DNA from: Leptospirales bacterium
GTDB taxonomy: Bacteria; Spirochaetota; Leptospiria; Turneriellales; JAOUFE01
Length of the DNA: 64,000 bases
Assembly: GCA_040326155.1 (NCBI GenBank)
Contig: JBEQLE010000014.1
Location: 1-64,000, forward strand
Direction of reading: 5' to 3'
This document shows, in pieces, positions 42,101 through 50,800 of this stretch. Below the pieces are notes generated by a model. The model was given only the letters and a program-made list of their open reading frames with translations, made no database searches and had not been told where the DNA came from. Both the position numbers and the translations under genes were made by a program. Within the stretch, counting starts at the first letter, position 1. Every line of letters starts with the position of its first letter.

Positions 42101-44435
42101 TGCGGGAAGTTCAACTTTCGACTTTGCCTATACCGATACCAGCGCTTCTGGAGTTTCGAGTGTGGAATCAGTGGACGGTACGGACAGTTGCGCTTCATCC
42201 GATGCCTTTGTCAGATTGTTTGCCAACGTGGTCTATCTTGATAGCGATATCAGTTCAGATCAACTGAAACCTTATGATGGAAATTCTATATTTGACGCAG
42301 CCGACAATGGTATATCGGCGACTCACGCTGTGACTATACAGCAAACCGTTGCACCATATGTTGTCGCGGCTTCCTCTTTCTACGATGATGGCAGCCAATA
42401 TGGCATAGCCGGTTACTGGTTGCGAATTGTCTATTCTGAGCCAATGTCTTACCAGGGGGCTGTTACAGCGGCCAATTACACACTGGCTGTAGATACGCCG
42501 GGCGCAGTTTGTACCACCATTAACGGAGTACCTCTTTCGATCAGGGCTATTTCGTCCTCGGTTTATGACCTGGAGACAAATACGCAATGTACGGACGCCA
42601 TATACAGTATTACCGCCGGTACGAATATTCTGGATGCTAACGAAATTGAGCCGGTTGGTTCGCCAAATTTTGCCACAGCCAGCGGAACTGACGCCGTCGA
42701 TGCTACCCTGCCTAAACTGCTTCAGGCTCTATCGATCGATTCAACCAGCGTTCAAATTACGTTTAGCGAACCTATGAGTGCCGGCACGGTAACAGATGGA
42801 ACAAACTACTCCATTACGCCTGATCTGGGATCTCCTTTGACGATTACAGCAACCTCCGATCCGTCGGTGTATATTATCTCTCACCCAGATACGCAAACCG
42901 GTACATTTTACACAATTTCGGTGACCGAAGCGACAACGCCGGTTACAGATATTGCAACAAACAGTATACAAGCAGTTCCGGGTAGCCAGGCAACGTTTAG
43001 AGGTCAGGGTTCACCCATTCAAACCATTGAAGATGGACCGTTATTTACAAATCCATTTGCTGATGGTAGTTCCTTCTCGTTTGCATTTGGTTTTAACAAT
43101 AAAATTTACCTTGGACCAAACGATACCGATAGCGGGGCCTTCCGTTTTGAACCGGATGGAGCAAATCCATTAGCTATTTCATTTTATGATACGGTATTTG
43201 CCTTTTCAGCATTTCAAGCGCCGCATACACAGGCCGATGGTATCAGCTTTTTTCAATCTGGCAGTTTAGTTGACCAGGGAGACGCCACTCTAAAAGACTT
43301 TCTCTTCCTTGTTCCGGTGAAAGCTCCGAAAGCAAATTACTTCTGGTTTACCACAGACATTGATAGTCAGTTAGATTTCTACTCTTGTCTTATTGGTACT
43401 TCAGCGAATATGGTGGGTGGCGAATCGATATCAACAACATCCAAGTATATGTATATGGGTATAACTTCAACTGCGAACGGTGGCAAAAGGCCGGTACTGC
43501 AAAGTTATAGTTTTGATATGACTGCCAATACCTGTACTACCGGTAGCTTTCCGCTTACAGATGCGTCAAATATTCCGGCCATTGGTGATAGTGGCGGGAA
43601 TTCGCTTTCTAACGGAAGTCCAATTGGAATTGATATTATCTACGTAGATGGCACAACAATGTACGTCGGTAACAACGGTGGTTTGGCGTGGGCCACAGTA
43701 AACGATGCTACCGCAGAACCAAATGCCGCAGCGGATTTTACAGCAGTCATAGATGATACAGGAGCATCATGTACCACAGGCAATGTTCCCACAGACTGGT
43801 GTGCAGGTTCGAACAGAACTCTGGCGTTAAATTTAACCAGCAAAATACCATCCGGGCGAAAAGGTCTGCCTTTTATGATCACATACAATGATGGGGCGAC
43901 AACAGCGCATTTACTTGCCAGAAACGTAACATCTTCTTTTGGCGGAACCACCAGAACAGGCGGTGAGTTATGGAAATGTACCACAACCTGTACTGACCTT
44001 ACAAACTGGAGCAGAGTATTTACATCTACTACCCAGGGTTCTGGAACCGGAATGGAAACCACGAATAATAAAGCCATATCGATGTTAACCGTGAATGGAG
44101 ATATTCTCTATGTCGGTTTTGACAATGAAGCCGATGGCGCACGGGTTTATTCGACTACAAGTGTTCCAACGGATAAAACCTCATTTACAGAGATTGGACG
44201 TGTCGATGGCGCAACGGCAAACTGCGCGGACCACACCGGCGACACAGGCGGTCTCGGCGGATTTTGTTACGGTTATCAAATGCTTTCGTTTGTGTCCGAA
44301 ACGAAACAAGGTTATAATTATCTCTATATGACAACCGGTTGTAAAGAGCAGAACACTGAGGGTTCCATTTGTGATACAACTGTAGGTGGGAGCTTCGTTG
44401 CTCCGCCAATCAGGGTATTAACCCAGAGAGATTAA
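36138..44435 (+). CDS. Giant Ig-like/Calx-beta surface lipoprotein with Lig-like C-terminus
   Basis: FLVNC lipobox plus Gly/Ser linker; DTTAP Big-type units; D..DE.DET / TITDDD Calx-beta units; C-terminal NPFADGSSFSF..NKIYLGPN, LYVGFDN..GARVY. Confidence 0.85.
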   Translation: MKFTKEVKVIILILGMAFLVNCGGGGGTSGSGGSGSDTTAPDAPSTPDLNTADDLGVSSTDDITALLTGVTFDGTAEADSTVEIYKDGVATGVTGTATGGNYSIDLTLTDGVYAITAIATDSSGNASSESTGLSVTIDSAAPGSYSAGTSGAVNPVLSVASDTGVSSVDGVTNLTTGLVFNGSLGTTNPNAVINLYSGGVLVGTATTDVNGDYSLTTGAVNSGAITFVIMTPSGILSSSFATSVTLGIDVTTPTYTAGVDGAVNPALDSTTDNGISQTDTITNISTGLKFQGSLGLANANEYVEVFVGGTSVGTTQVDASGNYLLGPTVIDAGAGGAVTFVISDEAGNTTGSLASGTITIEKTIPAISSFSSSTGVGIYGIGSSINITVNFTEAVTLSGGGSLDITLNSGAVVSITSIVNTTPASVTYVVAGGDADVNPLDVDSIALTGTLIDEAGNNANTVLPAAPTNKLAAELIEVLTTAPSISTITSTIAPNPYGIGSVIDVTVTFDALVSLSAGSLDLTLDSGGSISIPAASITNTLTATGNYTVAATEDSTDLDVTNIVVNTGALTGDGSGANVGVGLPASNLANNEAIVIDTTAPTLTPVSIVSDNAINSLAKDGDLITVTFTSDEVLTPDPVVTIAGNAATVTDLGGGTSWKAEYTLAGTETEGDVPFNIAFSDVAQTAANAGTPVTVVTDSSSVTYDKTLPTISSSSLDSSNGFIDLTFSEGVYHTGSTPLTATDLTLAFIKDGTGTGSATNVTILSIKKPDSTVNATASALTGSETVVRVFLTVTGTPNGFETIEVLTKDGGSAESVFDHSSNASLVTTTTTAVNLNKASTVDFNVTSSSGSETNADHVVNFQLDLDVSSATPITVNYTISGSGTYPATGGSVDYVNSTSVVILAGNTTYDLPITIKGDTTDEFDETYTITLTTGTGYMLGTNTTYTYTITDDDAAPTVQFTAASQSSADETNSSTLTVTAQLSALSGKNVDVPFTLTGTGALNTDYTITASPVNISAGTLTKDVTITIVGDVLDEDDETAIITMGTATNATASGTTVHTATIVDDDAMPTVSINSVSLSEGDAGTTSFVFNVTLSAVSGRTTSVKYATADNTATLADTDYVQITPATLLSFTAGQTTKTVTVLVNGDSNSAEVDETFNVDLTVLTNINPTGSTVQGTGTILNDDTSNSSVSFASASSSGSESVAAPTYAVNLSPAAPVGGLTVYYTITGTGTYPATNGGTDFTGTGTLSVIVPAGLSSYNITVPVNNDALDEFDEDFTISLSTDPDGSTGGQYNLGAQTTHGYTITDNDAVPQVSFQVSSTATTNESTALNVVVNLSSVSGKDVTVDVSDTTIGGVLYAVAPGDYSLTRTSGIQLTISAGNPSANVVLTPVNDSTDETNGGLQAGEMVTMSLSNPGNSTLGAITSHTAMITDDDGQPNFSVTDVSALEATGSVDVTITCVAFSCTGFTVDYATANGTAVAGTDYTATSGTASTWTGSAPNWSKTVTISVTNESLAESDETVLFNLSGNSGSSIISNATAFITITNDDTPLTIANADTLDCNGGQNGKIDTYRVELTEAVTDSTFNGYALDAEGSITGNWFVLGYSNVRMIHGAALNGECGTDTEDDTFIYLRFDEGTATDTGVVPDLTASASTISATSGHGKLYYNTGNVASGDVAEADFAGPYIWKTEAFDTGVNNNSGNAGAADTLIVYFTESTNAAALSGVDLDTIFTLGAGNFAADTDITSATWSTTTNTNDTLTVVFANGATTVAPAVTVTLIGTTVTDAAGNNPGASMLSVPSIIGAFDTGEKGPTVVSAQYIDTDTNGRIDHVKVDFDLNILDSSIDGYVDTNTVGAASTTWNVAGYTNARIDPTYSADVDNDTVVYFQFDEGLDYDTGAKPDLTATTASLTDNDGIQCFINETLTECNGVRATSGSVITTTVNELDAAKPVFVSVTARVGDRYIFVKFSENVWGQTGVPACGSGGELSNDAGSSTFDFAYTDTSASGVSSVESVDGTDSCASSDAFVRLFANVVYLDSDISSDQLKPYDGNSIFDAADNGISATHAVTIQQTVAPYVVAASSFYDDGSQYGIAGYWLRIVYSEPMSYQGAVTAANYTLAVDTPGAVCTTINGVPLSIRAISSSVYDLETNTQCTDAIYSITAGTNILDANEIEPVGSPNFATASGTDAVDATLPKLLQALSIDSTSVQITFSEPMSAGTVTDGTNYSITPDLGSPLTITATSDPSVYIISHPDTQTGTFYTISVTEATTPVTDIATNSIQAVPGSQATFRGQGSPIQTIEDGPLFTNPFADGSSFSFAFGFNNKIYLGPNDTDSGAFRFEPDGANPLAISFYDTVFAFSAFQAPHTQADGISFFQSGSLVDQGDATLKDFLFLVPVKAPKANYFWFTTDIDSQLDFYSCLIGTSANMVGGESISTTSKYMYMGITSTANGGKRPVLQSYSFDMTANTCTTGSFPLTDASNIPAIGDSGGNSLSNGSPIGIDIIYVDGTTMYVGNNGGLAWATVNDATAEPNAAADFTAVIDDTGASCTTGNVPTDWCAGSNRTLALNLTSKIPSGRKGLPFMITYNDGATTAHLLARNVTSSFGGTTRTGGELWKCTTTCTDLTNWSRVFTSTTQGSGTGMETTNNKAISMLTVNGDILYVGFDNEADGARVYSTTSVPTDKTSFTEIGRVDGATANCADHTGDTGGLGGFCYGYQMLSFVSETKQGYNYLYMTTGCKEQNTEGSICDTTVGGSFVAPPIRVLTQRD

Positions 44436-44455
44436 TCGAAAGCAATCGTTCGAGA

Positions 44456-44489
44456 AAATCGGACCGTACACATAAGTGCGGTCCGATTT
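44456..44489. terminator. Hairpin between convergent genes
   Basis: aaatcggaccgtac-N6-gtgcggtccgattt. Confidence 0.75.
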
Positions 44490-44508
44490 GTTCTATTTCG
44501 TGAAAGAA

Positions 44509-44997
44509 TTATTGAATTAAAATTTTCTTATACCACATATCATGTAGATTACATTTTTGAATAATGTAGTATTCACCTTTTGATTTGGTGGGCAGCGTAA
44601 ATGAGTTTTTTTTCGTTGTAGCGCCGCGCTTAAAACTGATTTTATCGATCTCTTGCAGTGCGTAATCGGTAAGCATTATAAGTTCTATATAGTGTTCCGG
44701 TTTGCTGACAAAGGGTGGTTGCACAACTATACTTATACTTTTTGTGCCTTTTGTTATATTTACCGTTGGGGTATGCCCGTCCGATAAATCTTTCCACTTA
44801 CCCTTATTATTCTCAGAAAAGTATTGAGACAGTTTTTCTTCATGCACAGGTATCTGCACATTGGCTTTTTGTTTGTTTTCGGTAGTGTCTCTATTGTCTG
44901 ACTTACAGGCGTTTACGGTTAAAGACAATATCGTTATGAAAATACAGAAACAAAAGGATGAAACAGGATATTTTCGCTCTTTATGAAACATAGTCAT
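44509..44997 (-). CDS. Desulfoferrodoxin/superoxide-reductase-like lipoprotein
   Basis: VNAC lipobox; GHTP, EHYIELI, CNLHDMW. Confidence 0.72.
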   Translation of the reverse strand: MTMFHKERKYPVSSFCFCIFITILSLTVNACKSDNRDTTENKQKANVQIPVHEEKLSQYFSENNKGKWKDLSDGHTPTVNITKGTKSISIVVQPPFVSKPEHYIELIMLTDYALQEIDKISFKRGATTKKNSFTLPTKSKGEYYIIQKCNLHDMWYKKILIQ

Positions 44998-45098
44998 TTT
45001 CCCCTTTTTGTATAACAAATTAATATTTACTTTGGGTCATTACTGTGTCAATAGAAATAAATATACATTTGTTTTTGCGAGCTTACCCTGCATATATC

Positions 45099-45115
45099 TG
45101 CACTTTGAATTTGGC
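45099..45115 (+). repeat. 17-bp inverted repeat, left copy
   Basis: tgcactttgaatttggc, exact reverse complement of 47232-47248. Confidence 0.7.
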
Positions 45116-45184
45116 TTTACAATTAAAAAGGAACGAAAAAGCTCTTGTCCGTCGATAAATAGTATCGAAATTGGTAAGAAGAAA

Positions 45185-46510
45185 ATGGGAAAATTTTATT
45201 ATTTTATAATCCGTCACTATATTCGTGGCGGCGGAGTTTCTTTGTTTAGTATTAATGCTAAACTATCGTTTTTTGGTGTGTTTATTGGCACCTCTTTATT
45301 GGTCGTTGTGTTATCTATTTTCAGTGGTTTTCCAAAACAACTGAAAGACAGTATATTTCGTTTTGACCCGCATCTGGTTATAATGAAAGAGGGGCAAAAA
45401 CCGATTAAGAAATGGCGAGAGCTGAAAGAGAGAGTTGCCAAATTAATAACCGTAGATGTCTCCAGAATCGAAGGAATGGTAGAAAGTCCCGCCATAATGC
45501 GCTTTCGCAGAGAGATCGACCATGTATTTTTAAGAGCCCGAGAGTTTGATGAAGATCCTGCCGATTCGAAAAAGTATTTAATTCCCGATGACTTTCCGTT
45601 AAATGAAGAAGGCGCCACCATTCGCTCCTTTCCAAAGGGTAATTACTGTTTTATCGGTAGTGAAATGGGTGATTTATATGGTCTGGATATTGGAGACAAA
45701 ATTGAAGTAATTGTGCCGAGGGGGCATTACGATTTAAAAGCAGGTGTGGAACCCAGCATGAAAACCTTGAAAATTGCGGGTTATTTTAAGACGGGTAATT
45801 ATGAATATGACACAAAAGCAGTTATATTTCCCCTGAAATCTGCCCAGTCTCTTTATAAAACCGGCGACAGGGTGCGCCAGGTTATGGTTCGTCTGAAAAA
45901 TATTGACGATCTGGAACGCGCCGAAGATGAACTTTTTTACGGACTTCCCGCCGATTATTCGGTAAGAACCATTGAACAGCAAAAACGAAATGTTTTTACA
46001 GCAGTAAAAATGGAAAAAACGATTATGGTAATTATCGTTTCCCTCTTTATACTTGCCGCAATGGTCGGTTTAATGGTCTCCATTTTTCAGGTTGTACGTT
46101 CACGTAAAAAAGATATTGGTATATTAAAAGCCCTGGGTCTGTCCGATTTTTCAGTATTGCTTATTTTTACTTTAATAGGTTTTTCGTTCGGGGTCATGGG
46201 AACTTTTCTTGGTATTACATTTGGCATTTTTCTTGCTGTTAATCTTGAATCTATAATTAATTCTATTGAAATTATCTATAATACAATAGGGCAGAGCGTT
46301 ACCGGATGGTTCGGAAGTTACTGGAGCAACGTTGAACTGGTGCCAAAAAATATCTACTATTTTGATTCTCTACCTGTTTCCATCGAACGTGATTTTTTAC
46401 TCGTATTAGGTATTCTGGCTATTTTAATTTCAGGACTCGCTTCTTTAATACCAGCCTGGTATGCAGGCAAAATGGAGCCTGTTGATATTATTCGTGGGGC
46501 TGAACAATGA
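45185..46510 (+). CDS. Lipoprotein-releasing ABC permease (LolC/E family)
   Basis: GVFIGTSLLVVVLSIFSGF, AVKMEK, KKDIGILKALG, YYFDSLP, LIPAWYAGKMEPVDIIR. Confidence 0.9.
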   Translation: MGKFYYFIIRHYIRGGGVSLFSINAKLSFFGVFIGTSLLVVVLSIFSGFPKQLKDSIFRFDPHLVIMKEGQKPIKKWRELKERVAKLITVDVSRIEGMVESPAIMRFRREIDHVFLRAREFDEDPADSKKYLIPDDFPLNEEGATIRSFPKGNYCFIGSEMGDLYGLDIGDKIEVIVPRGHYDLKAGVEPSMKTLKIAGYFKTGNYEYDTKAVIFPLKSAQSLYKTGDRVRQVMVRLKNIDDLERAEDELFYGLPADYSVRTIEQQKRNVFTAVKMEKTIMVIIVSLFILAAMVGLMVSIFQVVRSRKKDIGILKALGLSDFSVLLIFTLIGFSFGVMGTFLGITFGIFLAVNLESIINSIEIIYNTIGQSVTGWFGSYWSNVELVPKNIYYFDSLPVSIERDFLLVLGILAILISGLASLIPAWYAGKMEPVDIIRGAEQ

Positions 46511-47184
46511 GCGCAATATTAAAACTTGAATCGGTTGGTAAGTCTTACGAGGATGGCGAAAATAAAATTGATGTTTTAAAAAGCGTCTCACTTACGATGA
46601 AAAAAGGAGACTTTTTTTCCATACAGGGGCCTTCAGGTTCGGGCAAAAGCACTTTGCTAAACGTAATCGGGGCACTCACTCTACCCGATACGGGTGAGCT
46701 CTCACTCAATGGAAAGACGATCTCTTCGTATTACAAATCGGGTTTAATTCATGAATACCGTTTAAAACACATCGGGTTTGTTTTTCAAAATCATCACCTG
46801 ATGCCAGATTTTACGATTCTGGAGAATGTTATGATGCCGCTTCTCATTTCAAAAATTTCCCAGAAAGAAGCTAAAGAACGAGCCCTGGCTATTTTAGACA
46901 AAGTGGGTATGGTCGAACGAGCCGGACACCACCCCTCCCAGGTCTCCGGGGGCGAGAGCCAACGCGCAGGCGTAGCTCGCGCTGTAATAACCCGACCATC
47001 CATTATACTTGCCGATGAACCTACAGGCAATCTCGATCAAAAAAATTCAGAAAAATTTATAAAACTTTTGCTGGATTTACGGGAACACGAAGGTTTAACA
47101 GTTTTGGTTGTAACGCACGATCGAGCTCTGGCCGGGGCGGCGAGCAAGCGATTTACCCTGACAGATGGCTCTTTATCGAAGTAA
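46507..47184 (+). CDS. lolD: Lipoprotein-releasing ABC ATP-binding protein
   Basis: GPSGSGKSTLL, IGFVFQNHHL, SGGESQR, ADEPTGNLD, VTHD. Confidence 0.88.
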   Translation: MSAILKLESVGKSYEDGENKIDVLKSVSLTMKKGDFFSIQGPSGSGKSTLLNVIGALTLPDTGELSLNGKTISSYYKSGLIHEYRLKHIGFVFQNHHLMPDFTILENVMMPLLISKISQKEAKERALAILDKVGMVERAGHHPSQVSGGESQRAGVARAVITRPSIILADEPTGNLDQKNSEKFIKLLLDLREHEGLTVLVVTHDRALAGAASKRFTLTDGSLSK

Positions 47185-47231
47185 AGTAGAGTTTGCAAGA
47201 TTCTACGCTGTTTTTCAGGGAGGCCTTCTTC

Positions 47232-47248
47232 GCCAAATTCAAAGTGCA
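47232..47248 (-). repeat. 17-bp inverted repeat, right copy
   Basis: gccaaattcaaagtgca on the + strand. Confidence 0.7.
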
Positions 47249-47301
47249 AATGCAACAAATATATTTCCTTTACAGGTGGAAATCCAACAAAATATTAGCT
47301 T

Positions 47302-48438
47302 ATGAGCAATGAATCATCCCCAAAACCTGCCAAGCAGACTTCCTGGTTGCGAAGTATAACTCGTGTCGCCTTTTTCTATTTTATCGGTTTTACACTATTT
47401 TTTGTCGTTGGTTTTGCAATTGTCAGCCTGCGAGTCTCTAGCGGAGAAAAAGTCAGGGTTCCGGATATAACCGGAAAACTTTACCTGGAAGAGCATAACT
47501 CTTTACACGACTCCGGCTTTAAAGTCGAAATTGCAAAAAGAAATCTGGTCGAGTATCCCTATGGATATATTTTATCCCAGAGCGAACCGCCGGGAAGATT
47601 ACTCAAATCGGGAGCAAAACTTATACTTGTTGTAAATTACAGCAAGAATATTATTGCTGTCCCGGAGCTTATTGGTTTGCGGATTGATCTTGCTGAAGAA
47701 ATGTTAAATAATATTCCCATCGGTGATAAAACCTACAAGCTCGTACAAGGCTCGGTTACAGAGATTCCAAGTGATCGTCCTGAAGGTGAGGTTTTATCGC
47801 AATATCCCGAGGCGGGGGTTACAGTCTTCCCCGAATATCCTGTCTCCTTGTTAGTTTCTGCCGGTAAAAAAGGGCCACGAAAACTGTCTGCGTTAGAGGG
47901 AATGCAGATTGAACAATTAAAGAATATGGCGTATCGACTCAAGGTTCCCCTGCACATTGTAAAAGAAGATACAAATGATTTTGCACAAGACGGTGTAGTC
48001 GCTAATATTGATTTTGGAAAAAATGGAAATACGTTACTTGCCAAAAAACTGGAAGGGGCCGAATGGACAGCCACGGTATATAAGTTTAAAAACAATTGGC
48101 CTGAAAATTATCCGAATCGCTACTTCTGGTTATCCGTTCGTGACGATGTAGTTGCCAATAAACTGGTAACTATTGCAGAAAAAATAGTCAGCACCGACGG
48201 TGAAACCAGCTATAAGAATTTTGCATATATGTATTTATCTTCGGATGTTCCCATGTTTTTACGCCAGAAAAAAACACTTGTTTTCTGGGAAGGGTACCAT
48301 GAAGCGAGAACCAAACCATCAGTCGCACTTTCAGAAGAAGACTCCGACCAACCCGTATTCGCAGAAGAGGTAAAAAAAGAGATACCAAAAGAGATTGAAC
48401 CCATATTTGAAAAAAGAATACAGTCGGTGCGCATATGA
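47302..48438 (+). CDS. PASTA-domain membrane protein
   Basis: One TM, then VRVPDITG..ILSQSEPPG and VPELIG..GEVLSQYPEAG..LLVS. Confidence 0.85.
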   Translation: MSNESSPKPAKQTSWLRSITRVAFFYFIGFTLFFVVGFAIVSLRVSSGEKVRVPDITGKLYLEEHNSLHDSGFKVEIAKRNLVEYPYGYILSQSEPPGRLLKSGAKLILVVNYSKNIIAVPELIGLRIDLAEEMLNNIPIGDKTYKLVQGSVTEIPSDRPEGEVLSQYPEAGVTVFPEYPVSLLVSAGKKGPRKLSALEGMQIEQLKNMAYRLKVPLHIVKEDTNDFAQDGVVANIDFGKNGNTLLAKKLEGAEWTATVYKFKNNWPENYPNRYFWLSVRDDVVANKLVTIAEKIVSTDGETSYKNFAYMYLSSDVPMFLRQKKTLVFWEGYHEARTKPSVALSEEDSDQPVFAEEVKKEIPKEIEPIFEKRIQSVRI

Positions 48439-49094
48439 AAATAGCACCCTCCATACTGGCCGCTCCCATGACGTCTTTACAAGAGACGTTGAAAAAACTT
48501 GATCCTGAAGTTGTCGACTATCTTCATCTGGATGTAATGGACGGTCATTTTGTACCACAAATATCATTTGGAGAAGCAATCTGTAAAGAGATTGCCGGAA
48601 TATCTAAAATTCCCCTCGATGTACATTTAATGGTGAGCAACCCCGGAGTTGAAGTTCCAAAGTATTTTAAACTTGGCGACGTAAAACCTGAATTTATAAC
48701 TTTTCATTATGAGACCACAGATTTTCCCATTCGTCTGGCCCAGACAATTCGTGACGCTGGAATTAAACCCGGTCTGGCCATTAACCCGGTTACGCCGGTA
48801 GAAGAGCTTGAAAATCTATACCCTTATTTCGATATGTTTTTAATAATGAGTATTGAACCTGGTTTTTACGGTCAGAGTTTTTTACCAAATGCTTTAGAAA
48901 GATTGCAAAAATTCAACGAACTTCGAAAAGTATGTTCCAAAAAGTATAATCACTTTGCCGAACTACAGGTCGATGGGGGAGTGAGCGATAAAAATATCGA
49001 GGCATTAAAAGAAGTTGGTGTCGATATTTCAGTAGCCGGATCGTTTGTTTTTAAATCGGAAAATCCAAATGAAAGAGTACAATCGCTTAAATAA
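48435..49094 (+). CDS. rpe: Ribulose-phosphate 3-epimerase
   Basis: IAPSILAA, LHLDVMDGHFVP, LDVHLMV, MSIEPGFYGQ, VDGG. Confidence 0.96.
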   Translation: MKIAPSILAAPMTSLQETLKKLDPEVVDYLHLDVMDGHFVPQISFGEAICKEIAGISKIPLDVHLMVSNPGVEVPKYFKLGDVKPEFITFHYETTDFPIRLAQTIRDAGIKPGLAINPVTPVEELENLYPYFDMFLIMSIEPGFYGQSFLPNALERLQKFNELRKVCSKKYNHFAELQVDGGVSDKNIEALKEVGVDISVAGSFVFKSENPNERVQSLK

Positions 49095-49100
49095 GCGCTT

Positions 49101-49943
49101 ATGGATATAAGCCTGGCTATCAGTTCTTGTCCAAACGATACATTTTCATTTTATCACTTTATACATGATCCCCAACCCGGATTTAATATTAAACCGGTGC
49201 TGCTTGATATTGAAGAGCTGAACCAGGGAATGTTGCGCGGCGCCTGGGATATTGTAAAAGCATCTTTTCCGGTAGCTGTAAAGGTTCGTGACAAGTATAA
49301 TTTAATGCGCTCGGGCAGCGCGCTCGGTTTTGGCGTCGGTCCAATTTTAATTTATAAAAACCCTGATATTTTAAAAAAGAAAAAATGGCGAGTAGGGTTG
49401 CCGGGTGAAAATACAACGGCTCATTTTTTATGGAACTATTATACGGAACATTCAGGCGAGCTTCAGAATATCGAGTTTGACAAAATACAAATGCACTTTG
49501 CTCTTATTATGGAAAAACTCGAAAGCGGCGAAATTGACGCCGGGGTTGTTATTCACGAAGGGCGTTTTGAGTTTGAAGCCAAAGGTCTAAAACTTTTTAA
49601 AGATTTAGGTGAGTTCTGGGAGAAAACAGCGAAAGCCCCTGTACCGTTGGGCGGAATCTTTATTTCCGGGAAACTTCCCGAATCGGTTAAAAACCAACTG
49701 GAAGAGGCTCTCGAAAAAAGTATAAGCCAGGCGCTCGAAGAAAAAGCTAAAAAAGACCCTGTGTATGAAACCAAGATTTTGCCGTTTATGAAAAAATATT
49801 CGCAGACCTTAGAAAAAGTGTCCATAGAGCGTCATATTGACTATTATGTGAATCGGGAAACGGAATGCATGAGTGAGTGGGGGCATATGGCCGTCGATAA
49901 ATTGTGGGCGCAACTGGAACGTAATTCTAAGCAAGGCAAATGA
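49101..49943 (+). CDS. mqnD: 1,4-dihydroxy-6-naphthoate synthase (futalosine pathway)
   Basis: SCPNDTF, DIEELN, GSALGFGVGP, PGENTTA, GVVIHEGRF, DLGEFWE, PLGG, HIDYYVN. Confidence 0.92.
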   Translation: MDISLAISSCPNDTFSFYHFIHDPQPGFNIKPVLLDIEELNQGMLRGAWDIVKASFPVAVKVRDKYNLMRSGSALGFGVGPILIYKNPDILKKKKWRVGLPGENTTAHFLWNYYTEHSGELQNIEFDKIQMHFALIMEKLESGEIDAGVVIHEGRFEFEAKGLKLFKDLGEFWEKTAKAPVPLGGIFISGKLPESVKNQLEEALEKSISQALEEKAKKDPVYETKILPFMKKYSQTLEKVSIERHIDYYVNRETECMSEWGHMAVDKLWAQLERNSKQGK

Positions 49944-49950
49944 GGATATT

Positions 49951-50580
49951 ATGGAAGATAACGAAATCTTAAATGACAAAAAACAACAAGAAAATATTTC
50001 GAAGAAAATCGTCGAAATAAAACAAAACCTGGCGCCGATTATCAGCGAAAGATCATACAGAGAAAACCACCAGGAACTTTTTACTCTGGCTTCGGGCAAA
50101 AAGAGTCCCTATTATTTTGACTTGAAACAAACTTTAATGGATCCGGTATATCTTAAAATGGCTTCTCAAGGTCTGTATTTATTGATGTTGCAAAAACTCT
50201 CCTATCTGCCAAAAGCTGCAGGCGGTTTGACAATGGGGGCCGACCCTCTGGTCTATACAATTTCACTTCTCTCTGCCGACGCAGGTTCTGTAGTTTATCC
50301 TTTGGTAGTAAGAAAGCAGACAAAAGACCATGGAAGCAAAAAACGAATCGAGGGACGCCTGAGCCAGATTCATCCGAATGACAAAATCGTGTTGGTTGAC
50401 GACGTTATAACAACGGGCGGTTCAACGCTGCAGGCATACGAAGTGTTAAAAGAAGCCGGACATACTATTGATTCTGTTTTTTGCGTGCTTGATCGAAAAG
50501 AGGGCGGAGCCGAAAATTTTGCCTCACATGGAATTGACCTGTATCCGCTTTTTGAACTCGAAGATTTTGCTTCAAAGTAA
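49951..50580 (+). CDS. pyrE: Orotate phosphoribosyltransferase
   Basis: FTLASGKKSPYYFD, GGLTMGADP, VRKQTKDHG, VDDVITTGGS. Confidence 0.95.
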   Translation: MEDNEILNDKKQQENISKKIVEIKQNLAPIISERSYRENHQELFTLASGKKSPYYFDLKQTLMDPVYLKMASQGLYLLMLQKLSYLPKAAGGLTMGADPLVYTISLLSADAGSVVYPLVVRKQTKDHGSKKRIEGRLSQIHPNDKIVLVDDVITTGGSTLQAYEVLKEAGHTIDSVFCVLDRKEGGAENFASHGIDLYPLFELEDFASK

Positions 50581-50800
50581 AAAAACCTTTAAAGAAAAAC
50601 CACAACTGTTTTGAATCTGAAAAGAAAAAGTTCTTATAAAAGTGAGCGGTTTTTTTTATATCCGAGAAAAAAATCGAGGCTAGTCTTAAAACTGCGTTGA
50701 TGTTGTAGTTGTCGGATATCATATAAAGTTGAGAAGCAAAGGCGTTATGCGATAATAAAAAAGTTCTGTACAATTAGGCGTTGTTTGATATTGTATCAAA

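Noticed and set aside
36569..44409. Many 60-145 aa alternative-frame ORFs inside the giant adhesin (also inside the cytochrome genes)
   Set aside because: Expected shadow ORFs from biased Thr/Ser/Gly/Ala codon usage
49101..49943. Functional link between mqnD and the cytochrome conduit
   Set aside because: mqnD lies in a housekeeping operon outside the direct repeats, so proximity alone is not evidence
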